From the IMG/VR virus record IMGVR_UViG_3300015615_001170, positions 505 through 64,504 of that record: 64,000 nucleotides of DNA, one strand, 5' to 3'. The translations under genes were made by a program, and so were the position numbers. The notes beneath the pieces were generated by a model. It was not told the DNA's origin. It did not search any database and saw only the letters and a list, made by a program, of their open reading frames with translations. Positions 27,411-35,700 of this stretch are shown here, one piece after another; within the stretch, counting starts at the first letter, position 1, and the number at the start of each line of letters is the position of its first letter. This DNA comes from a virus.

Positions 27411-29177
27411 TTACTCCTCAGTGACGAGGAATTCCTTTCGCACCTGGTGCAGCACCTCCCCCATCGGGATGGCGCTCTTGCACATGGCGGCTTTGTTTCG
27501 TTGGTCCTGATGGCAGTGGGTCCAGCCCACGTGCATCCGGTGGCACGGGTAGCACGGCACCTGCCCTGATAGGGCCACCGTGTTCTCCCAGTGCTTGGTC
27601 AGATTCTCTTCGGTGCTGTGCGAGAGCAGCACCACCTTGGGCATGGTCTCGAAGGCCACCGAGTTGGTGATGCCCGTCTCCACGCCGATCACCATGTCGG
27701 CCCGGCCCGCGAGCGTCATCGCCTTGCGGATGTCCAGCTTTGGCGTGTGCATGCGCGGGGAATTCGGCCAACTCTCGCCGTGCTCATCACCCAGCGCGAC
27801 GATGTGCATCTGGGGGAACTCGCGCAGCATTTCGTGCGCAAGCTGTTCCCAGTAGGGCCACCACTTGTGCGTTGCTGACCCTGCAGTGGCGAGCACCACC
27901 AGCTGCTTGATCTCGCGCCGCCAGTCCGCCGCCCAGGCCAACTCGGCCAGCGTGGGATAGAAGCGCTGGCGGAAGTCATGCGGCAGCCCGGCGAGGTCGT
28001 GGATGAACTCGAGGTAGTTGCCGTTCATCGTCGCGTGGCGTACTTCCTTGGGCCAAAAGTACCGGTGCGAGCGCGGATCGGCGAGCAGGTTGTTCTCGAC
28101 CGACTCCAGCAGTTGGATGAAGCGGTCGTACTTCAGCGCCTCGAGTTGCGCGTATCCGTGAAGCTCGCCCAGCGGGATCTTCCCGTCGGGCACGTGGATC
28201 AGTTCGTCGATGTGCGGGTCGTGCTTGAGCACCTCCATGCCCGCGTTGCCCGTGTACACGCTCACCTCGTAGCCCTTCTCGTGCAGGTGCGCCACTATGC
28301 TCGATGCCCACAGCGCGTCTCCCAGCGCGCCCAGGCGCATCACTGCGGCCTTCTTCTTCTCGCTGGGGGCGGGGGCGCGGTTCATCATCGCCACGCGCCA
28401 GTTGTCCCCAGGGCCACGCACCGGCGGGAACCCGGTCATCTCCGCCTCGGCCTCGCGCGGCAGGGCAAGCATGTTGATGCTCACCAGACCTGGGAACACG
28501 TTCTCCAGATCGCCGCGGAAGTTGTCCACCTCGTACAGCGGCGTGACGTGCCACCAGAGCCGGTATCCCAGACCAGCGATCATCTGGATCAGCTGCGAGG
28601 AGTTGTCCTCGCGGTCGTTCTCCACGTAGATCACCGGACGGCAGCGGCCGATCGTCTCGCGCGCGCCGGCGATGACGTCCATCTCCATGCCCTCGACGTC
28701 GATCTTGAGCAGCCGCAGTTCTTGCAGGTCCAGCGCATCGATGGGCATCACGCTCACCGCCTCGCCCGGCCCGCCACGCTCGAGCGAGAGCCCGCCGAAG
28801 TTCACCTCGGCCGCGTAGTCGACCACCGGGACCGAGAGCACCCCGGACATCGCACCGCCGGCAGCATGCACTGGCGTGCTGTTGTGGCAGCCGTTGGCCA
28901 CAAGGTTCTTGAACATCAGCCCGTAGAGCACGCGCTGCGCCTCGATGGCGATCACGCGGCCCTTCTCGCCGACGAACTTGCACATGGGGACGGTGTGCGC
29001 GCCCACGTTCGCTCCGACTTCCACGACCGTGTCGCCCTCCCGCAGAAACTGCTTGAACAGTTCGATCTCTCCCTTGGAGTGCTCGCCGTATTTAGCAAGC
29101 GAGCGTCCGACGTAGACATCCTTTGCCGGGAACTCCATGGTTCCGTATCTGCACTCAGCGGTTGCCGTCCAACTCAC
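27411..29177 (-). CDS. Fusion: FkbM-family SAM methyltransferase + glycosyltransferase family 9 (heptosyltransferase-like)
   Basis: VVEVGANVG, LKIDVEGME (FkbM); RLGALGD, HKWWP..W..L, ADMVIGVETG, CYPC..C..C (GT9). Confidence 0.88.
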   Translation of the reverse strand: MSWTATAECRYGTMEFPAKDVYVGRSLAKYGEHSKGEIELFKQFLREGDTVVEVGANVGAHTVPMCKFVGEKGRVIAIEAQRVLYGLMFKNLVANGCHNSTPVHAAGGAMSGVLSVPVVDYAAEVNFGGLSLERGGPGEAVSVMPIDALDLQELRLLKIDVEGMEMDVIAGARETIGRCRPVIYVENDREDNSSQLIQMIAGLGYRLWWHVTPLYEVDNFRGDLENVFPGLVSINMLALPREAEAEMTGFPPVRGPGDNWRVAMMNRAPAPSEKKKAAVMRLGALGDALWASSIVAHLHEKGYEVSVYTGNAGMEVLKHDPHIDELIHVPDGKIPLGELHGYAQLEALKYDRFIQLLESVENNLLADPRSHRYFWPKEVRHATMNGNYLEFIHDLAGLPHDFRQRFYPTLAELAWAADWRREIKQLVVLATAGSATHKWWPYWEQLAHEMLREFPQMHIVALGDEHGESWPNSPRMHTPKLDIRKAMTLAGRADMVIGVETGITNSVAFETMPKVVLLSHSTEENLTKHWENTVALSGQVPCYPCHRMHVGWTHCHQDQRNKAAMCKSAIPMGEVLHQVRKEFLVTEE

Positions 29178-29193
29178 ATGCCCTCCAGAAATG

Positions 29194-29216
29194 AAAAACC
29201 CCGCCGGAGCGGGGTT
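29194..29216 (-). terminator. Intrinsic terminator after the RNA cluster
   Basis: AACCCCGC-TCCG-GCGGGGTT then TTT on - strand. Confidence 0.8.
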
Positions 29217-29223
29217 GTGTTGT

Positions 29224-29301
29224 TGGTGCCACGGCCTGCGACAGGCCTGCAGGACCGATCTAGTAGCGGCCCCGCGGCGTGGTATTTCCGACGCCCTGAC
29301 A
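29224..29301 (-). ncRNA. Candidate 78-nt tRNA-like four-way-junction RNA ending in ACCA
   Basis: TGTCA/TGGCA closing stem + CCA, with three internal hairpins. Confidence 0.5.
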
Positions 29302-29354
29302 TGGTGAGTGGGACCGGCGCTACGCCGGCTGCGTCTATTTCACCGCGCCACTCA
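29302..29354 (-). ncRNA. Candidate 53-nt mini tRNA-like RNA ending in ACCA
   Basis: TGAGTGG/CCACTCA closing stem + CCA, with two internal hairpins. Confidence 0.5.
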
Positions 29355-29361
29355 TAAAACC

Positions 29362-29439
29362 TGGTGCCCCCTGCATGGACTCGAACCCGCGACATCCTCC
29401 TTACAGGGGAGGCGCTCTACCTGACTGAGCTAAAGGGGC
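29362..29439 (-). tRNA. tRNA-Thr(TGT)-like, atypical (C at position 33, bulged T-stem)
   Basis: GCCCCTT-TA-GCTCAGTCAGGTAGAGC-G-CCTCC-CCTGTAA-GGAGG-ATGTC-GCGGG-TTCGAGT-CCATGC-AGGGGGC-ACCA. Confidence 0.8.
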
Positions 29440-29486
29440 GAACTTGCGAACTTGCGCAAAATCGCAAACTGACCGAAATGCTTGGC

Positions 29487-29885
29487 CTACATCTCCATGG
29501 CCAGCAGCAGCAGGGCTGCGGCTTCCATGTCCTCTTCGTCTATGATCTTGCGATTGCGCTTGACCAGTTTCTCGCGGTACTTCAGGTACTCGTCGAACTC
29601 CTCGTCGACCTCCTCGATGATGAGGCGCCGATGCCCGCGACCACGCCCGACCCTATCGTCCGCGCCACCGCGCACCCATGAGCGGAAGGTGATGGTGACC
29701 GGGCAGACCATCGCCCAGTAGCCGGGCTGGAAGTAGCCCGCCGACCAGTAGGATCTGACCCAGTAGCCGGAGTGGCACTCCTCGCGCTCGACGAAGCCGG
29801 CGCTCCCAGGAGGTGTGAAGAATCCCTGGGAGAAGTACGCCGGGTTGAAGTACGTCGGTGTGTAGTACCCCGGGTACGTGCTCAT
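29487..29885 (-). CDS. Small aromatic-repeat structural protein
   Basis: YY/YF/FF/YW pentad repeats; C-terminal DEEDMEAAALLLLAM helix. Confidence 0.65.
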   Translation of the reverse strand: MSTYPGYYTPTYFNPAYFSQGFFTPPGSAGFVEREECHSGYWVRSYWSAGYFQPGYWAMVCPVTITFRSWVRGGADDRVGRGRGHRRLIIEEVDEEFDEYLKYREKLVKRNRKIIDEEDMEAAALLLLAMEM

Positions 29886-29891
29886 CGCGGC

Positions 29892-30074
29892 TTAGTCGAT
29901 GACCAGGTCAGACTCGATCTCGTAGGTCCCGTTGCTGCGATACCAGCCCAGCGCCTCGCCGGTCGAGAGGCTGCGATACATCACGTCCCCGTTCTCCTGG
30001 GGCTCTGCGATGTGGTGCTCAGGCATCGAGGACAGCGCCTTCCAGAAGGTCCTCCACGTCGAGGGAAGCATCAT
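29892..30074 (-). CDS. Small hypothetical protein
   Basis: ATGA-coupled MMLPSTWRTFWK.. Confidence 0.55.
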   Translation of the reverse strand: MMLPSTWRTFWKALSSMPEHHIAEPQENGDVMYRSLSTGEALGWYRSNGTYEIESDLVID

Positions 30075-30823
30075 TGCGGCAGTCCCTCCGTCTTGTTCAG
30101 AACCTGCACTTTGCGTTGTCCGTTTGCATCCATGTACCAGCGAATGCGCTTGATCGATTTGTCGATCGGGCTGGTGTAGATGTACTCCTTCCCGATCTCG
30201 ATGCCACCGACCATACCTTCCTGATCGCCGATCAGCGCGGCCAGTTCGAGCGCTTCTTTCTCGGCCACGGTCAGGTCGCCCTCGACCACCGCGCTGCGCA
30301 CCTCGGCACGCACCAGCGGAGGCAGGCGCGACTCGATGTCGGCCAGCACAGCCGCCTGCAGGGCCGGGAAGTACGCAGCCACCGCCGCAGCGATGATCTG
30401 CGCGTCCACCGGCGTTGTCTGCACGATGGAACCTGCGTTCTCGCCCGAGGAGAAGGCAAACCCGTCGGACTCGCCGAAGATGTCCTTGACTCCCTCGTTG
30501 TCGCCCACGGCGAATGCGAAGCCATCGGAACTGTCCGAGAGTTGGACGTCGCCGTCTTCCTCGCTCATCGTCCCGCTGTTCGAGCCGCTCGAGAAGGCGA
30601 ACCCGCTGGCATCGCCGAAAAGGGTCTTGAACCCGCTGTTCGCGCCGCCGCTGCGCACCAGCGCTGCAACGCCAGGACTCACGCCCATGGCGCCGGAGTT
30701 GCTCCCCGTGGCGAAGGCGAAGCCCGTGCTCGACGAACCCCCCTGCTGCGTGGTGATGACCTGGGAGCGGAAGTAGGGATCGCCCCCGCTGGTGCGCTGT
30801 GGTCTGAAGTAGAGGTTCGGCAT
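30071..30823 (-). CDS. Virion appendage protein with GFAF.xGxNxG repeats
   Basis: Four S.GFAF..G.N.G repeats. Confidence 0.65.
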   Translation of the reverse strand: MPNLYFRPQRTSGGDPYFRSQVITTQQGGSSSTGFAFATGSNSGAMGVSPGVAALVRSGGANSGFKTLFGDASGFAFSSGSNSGTMSEEDGDVQLSDSSDGFAFAVGDNEGVKDIFGESDGFAFSSGENAGSIVQTTPVDAQIIAAAVAAYFPALQAAVLADIESRLPPLVRAEVRSAVVEGDLTVAEKEALELAALIGDQEGMVGGIEIGKEYIYTSPIDKSIKRIRWYMDANGQRKVQVLNKTEGLPQ

Positions 30824-32314
30824 TTAGATCAGCTGTGCTGGGCCGTTGTATCCGTCCCACTGCGTATCGCCACTGCCCGATGGGTCAGAGGCCACGAGGT
30901 AGCCCCAGTCGCCCTGCTCGAGCGTGGTCCGAGTGATCGCGATGTCGAGGTAGCTATCCGCCCCGATCACACCATTGACGCCACCATCGCCGATGGGCGC
31001 GTCACGATCCCCAGGAACCTCGGCGTCGATGAACCACCACTTGATGCCGGTCTTGCTGACGATCAGATCGTCGTTCTCGTCATAGAACGGACCCACCCGC
31101 ACGCGCAGGCTGCCGCCACTGTTGCTGCCCGTGGCGAAGGCGAAGCCGGTGGACGTGCCGGTGATCTCGTTGTCCGACGAGGCCTCGAGCGCGCCCAGCG
31201 TCGGGGCGCTTGCGCTGCGCACATTGCCGCGCGCATCGCGCCCGCCCGTGCCTTCCCGCAATTCCGGGCCGTTGACGGGGTTGCTGGTCGGGTTGGGGTT
31301 GGGGAACCCGGTGATGACCGCCGCACCAACGACGTTGTCGAACACGCCACCGGAAACCGGCGCCCAGTCCCCAGCGGCCAGCGTGGTGTTCACGTACACC
31401 TTGCCGGCGGTGGTCCAGTCTCCCGGGCCAATGATGTCGCCACCGTACTTGCAGTCGGCCCCAGGCAGCAAATCCACGTAGGGGGTGGATCCGGCCGCCA
31501 AGTTCGTGGCGTTGTAGTTCGAGTCGGAGGTGAACGTCGCGGCGCCCGTGCCGCCGGTGTACCAGAGCTCGCCGAACCCGTAGAAGGTGCAGGCGATCAT
31601 CCGCATTTTGCGCCCGCCACCGGAGATGCCATTGCGCTTGAGCGCGCGCGTGCTGGTGTTGATCGTGCGATCCGACGGGCGGACGAACGAGCAGGCAATC
31701 AGCGTCGGGGCATCGTCATCGTTGGTGGCATCGCCACCGAACTCCACCGCGAGCAGCGTGGCGTTGGAGCCCTCGAACGAGATGTGGGTGTTGATGACCT
31801 TCGCGCGCAGTCCGGCGATCACCAGCTGCCCGCCCGTATTGCTCAGGGCGCTGCTGTTGGCTTGGCGCATGTACACATCGCGCACCGTGACATCGTCCCC
31901 GGCGATGGACATCACGCCAGAGGGGCTGGTCAGCCCGGTGCGATTGCCCATCCACGTGAGCTTCTCGAACAGGATGTGGTCTTCGTTCAGAAGCCAGCGG
32001 CTGTTCGTGTTGACCGTGTGATGGATGCCAGCGCCGGGCAACTCCCCGCGCAGCGGCGTGCCCACCGGGTTCAGATCCCACACCGACACTAGACGGTCTG
32101 CGCAGAGCCACTTGTAGCAGTCTGCGCTCGAGACGCACCCGGAGACATTCACGCCGGTGGACATGTCGACCAGGCCGGTGCCCTTGCCCTTGACGATGAA
32201 TCCGCCACCAGCGGTCAGGTCCCCGCCGTAGATCGCGTTCATATCCGCGTTCCACGCGACGTAATCCGCGTAGTTCTTTCCCGCGCCTACGGTGTATTCA
32301 ACAACCGTCGCCAT
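30824..32314 (-). CDS. Beta-helix (pectate-lyase-like) spike/appendage protein
   Basis: N-terminal TVGAGKNYADY..W, beta-solenoid periodicity, D.RG..R..PTLGALE cap. Confidence 0.65.
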   Translation of the reverse strand: MATVVEYTVGAGKNYADYVAWNADMNAIYGGDLTAGGGFIVKGKGTGLVDMSTGVNVSGCVSSADCYKWLCADRLVSVWDLNPVGTPLRGELPGAGIHHTVNTNSRWLLNEDHILFEKLTWMGNRTGLTSPSGVMSIAGDDVTVRDVYMRQANSSALSNTGGQLVIAGLRAKVINTHISFEGSNATLLAVEFGGDATNDDDAPTLIACSFVRPSDRTINTSTRALKRNGISGGGRKMRMIACTFYGFGELWYTGGTGAATFTSDSNYNATNLAAGSTPYVDLLPGADCKYGGDIIGPGDWTTAGKVYVNTTLAAGDWAPVSGGVFDNVVGAAVITGFPNPNPTSNPVNGPELREGTGGRDARGNVRSASAPTLGALEASSDNEITGTSTGFAFATGSNSGGSLRVRVGPFYDENDDLIVSKTGIKWWFIDAEVPGDRDAPIGDGGVNGVIGADSYLDIAITRTTLEQGDWGYLVASDPSGSGDTQWDGYNGPAQLI

Positions 32315-32703
32315 GATTCGACTAGCTCCCCGTGCCTTGATCTGCGCTCACGCTTGAGCGTGAGCAGTTGTGCTGTCTCGTCCGGGCTCAGTTGCACGAC
32401 CGGGTTGCTCATCCATCTGCGCAACTCCTGGCCGGCAAGGCCCTCGTCATCGATGCCCAGGTAGTACTTGCGAAGGGCGACGATCTTCGCGCCCTTCATG
32501 TCGAGTTCCTTCCACTCATCGAAGGCTGACTTGTGCAGGCCTGGGTGGACGAGGATGCGAAACCACGGGCGCGTGGGGAGCACCCCGAAGGTCTGGTGGT
32601 CGTCGTACGAATTGACCAGATCCCCGCGCTTGTAATCGAGCCAGTCGGCGTCGCGCCCGTATTTGCTATGGGTGTTGGCGTACTTCCAGAGTGTCCAGCA
32701 CAT
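32287..32703 (-). CDS. Hypothetical protein (possible fibre chaperone)
   Basis: YKRGDLV..W..RKYY pattern between two appendage genes. Confidence 0.5.
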   Translation of the reverse strand: MCWTLWKYANTHSKYGRDADWLDYKRGDLVNSYDDHQTFGVLPTRPWFRILVHPGLHKSAFDEWKELDMKGAKIVALRKYYLGIDDEGLAGQELRRWMSNPVVQLSPDETAQLLTLKRERRSRHGELVESWRRLLNTP

Positions 32704-32706
32704 ACA

Positions 32707-35700
32707 TCACAGGACCGGCAGCCGAAGCTCGAGGACCTTCGCCCCGGAGCCGTTGACCGAGCGCAGCATGATCCACACCGCGCGCTTCTCGTCCACCGTC
32801 GCCATGCCGCCCCGATTGATCGAGACGGTCGCCGGCCACGTCAGGTCGTTGGCCGGATTGGCCGCAACCGCGGTGGCGCGCAGCTGATCCCACGTCTGGC
32901 TGGAGCCGTATTGCTTGGTGATCGTGTTGTACCACCAGATGACAGGCTCATCGTTGACGTAGTCACCAGAGGGCGGCGAGATCACCAGCAGGTGCCCCAG
33001 CGCCTTCATGTAGCGCAGTTCGTTGATCGACTGCGGGGTGAACACCGTGGGCGTAGCAGCCTCGTCGTCCAGCCCGGGGTTCGCCGGCGGGGCATCGAAC
33101 CCGCGCACCCAGTGGAACGGCATCGGGGCGTACTCCACGTCCGAAGTGTCGATCAGGTTCACGCGCATGATCATCGCGCCCGTGCCGTCTCGATAGGCCC
33201 CGGATCCACCGCCCCACATCACCGAGATGTACGCGTTGTCGCCGATGACCTCTTGCGGCCCGGACCACAGCGTGGCCGTGTTCGTGCTGCTGTTGTAGGC
33301 GCGCGGCGGGCCCCAGATGCGGCAGGCTGCATTCGCCGGAGCGGTCAGCGTGATGGCACCACCACCGCCGATCTCCTGCACCGCGAAGTCGTTGGTCGTC
33401 TCGCCGGTGACTTCGTACTCCACGTTCTGTACCAGCGGGGCAGGCGGCGCAGCTTCGACGAACTTCACCCGATCACCAGTGATCCAGCCGTGGCCGGTCA
33501 TCGCGATCCGTCCGCTGGACACGCTGAAGTTGCCGCGCCCCTTGGTCTGGATCACGCAGCCCCGGTCGTAGCCATTGTCGGTGTAGTCCTGCACCGTGAT
33601 GTCGATCACCACGCTCGATCCGATCTCGCCCACCTGCAGCGAGGTGGCCGTGGGGTTGAGCACCTGGTAGTCGTGGTTGCGCACCAGCGGCGCCGGCGGC
33701 TCGCCGTAGATGAAGCGGATCACATCACCCTGCTGCAAGTGATGCGGAGCAGCCGAGTTTCCGGTGAGGATCGTGTTGGCCGTGCGGTCGACGGTGAACG
33801 AGCGCACCCCAGTGCTGCGGCGCAGGCCGTTGAGCAACGCGATGAACCCGGTAAGGTCCGGCCTGCTGATCAGCTGCCGCGTCCAGCGATACGGCGTGCG
33901 CTTGGCATGCACACGGCGCACGCGCACCGATGCAGTCACGCGCGCACCGGGCCCAGGCTGGGACTTGAGCGTGGCCACTGTGGCCGCGCCCACCTTGCGT
34001 ACTTGGAACCCGCTCGTGGTGCGGTTGACCGCTTCGTAGATCGTGTCGCGCTTCATGCCGCGCGGCACGCGCCCGTCGACAAACTGCAGGGTCTGCCCTT
34101 CAGAGAAGGGGTTCGAGGGGCACAGGATCCGGTTCGCTGCGACATCGACGGTGTAGGCGGACGGCGATCGTTGCGTGCCGGTGATGACAATCGGCGTAGT
34201 CGAGCCCTCGTCGGCGAGTTGGAACGTATCGATGTTCACTCCGGTCGACGCCCCGGAATTGAGCACGTCATACCAGAGGCCAGCAGCCAACGGCGCTGGC
34301 GGGGTGCCGTCATAGAACTGAACCTTGTCCCCGTCCACCAGCGTGTTACCCGCCCACGTGATGCGATTGGTGGTCACACTCGCGCTGAAGTACCCCTCGT
34401 CGCACAGCTGGAACTTGTAGATGTAGAAGTTCGCGAACTGCTGCTGGCCGATCATCATCATCACGTCTTCCTTGTCCCAGTAGCAGGAGAAGGCATTGGA
34501 CGCGCCGTTGATCACGTTGGGCGGTGCATTGCCCATGAAGATGTCATCGACGTTTACCCGGTCAGCGTTGTCGCCGATCAGGTAGTTCTGCGGCGGCTTC
34601 CAGAATGCGTCACCACGGGCCACCCCATCGGTGGACTTGGCTGGGATGTGGATCCGGTAGACCGCCATGATCCCGTCGTTGATGGACATGCGCGGCATGG
34701 TCCGCTGGGCGAAGCGGTAGTAGCCTGCGCCCATCCAGAAACTGTGGCGCTTGTCCTTGATAATGCCAACGCCATCGGGATGCCACGGCGAGAGTTCGGC
34801 CTCGTCCGGCTCGGTTTCCTCGAGCGGGTAGAAGGCGGCCGGGTTGATGCACAACTCCATCTGCACCCTGCCGTTGATCAGTCTGGCCGGCGCACGCCAC
34901 TGATCCTGGCGCCCTGAATCAGTCGCCCAACCGTCATTGGTGAATGCGTAGCACGTGCGCAGCGTGTTCGGGTTGGAGATGTAGATCCCCGCGCTGCACA
35001 CGATGCCTGCGTTCCAGGCCAGTTCTCTCTCAGCACCTGGTAGCGTGCCGATCGGAATGGTGTCGATTACCGGGCCCACACCGCTGGTGCCAGCGTTGCG
35101 GATCTCGATGACCTGGGTGGTCGCACTGCCACCGGTGCCCAGGCGCCAGCCACGATACGTGCTGCCCGGCGCCCAGGCGCGACGGCTGGTCTGCGCTTTG
35201 GCGACGACGCTGTCAGTGTCGTCGTTCTGCACGCGGATGGGGTACTTCGCCACCTGCGAGTTGGTGTAGGGCACGCCGCGGTAGTCCCCGCCGAACTGGT
35301 AAACGAACCCGCCGTCCGGTCCGGCGAAGACGACCTTGCCGGTGTCGGCATCCACGTATGCAGCCGAGTACATGAAGCGCAGGTGCTTGCCGTGGAACGG
35401 CGTGGGAGCCCCCGAGCCGTCGTAGGTGATGTCGGTGCCGAAGTCGACCAGCTTGCCCAGCAGCTTCGAGCCGGTGATGGTCAGGCGGTTGAACCACTCG
35501 GAGTTCACGCCAGTACCATCGCCCATGAAGACGATCTCGTAGGCGTTCGGATCGGCGCTAGTCTGCGACTTCTTGATGCCGCCAACGACGTCGACGAACC
35601 CGTTCACCGGCCAGTTCGCCGGCGAGACATCCACCCATTGCCCCACGCCGTTGAAGGCGTCATCGAGATCGAGTTTCCACAGGCGCTTGTACACCCCGAT

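Noticed and set aside
29390..29412. Reading the 29362 tRNA as Tyr (CT-GTA-A)
   Set aside because: The 5-bp CCTCC/GGAGG stem centres TGT; no long variable arm as in bacterial tRNA-Tyr
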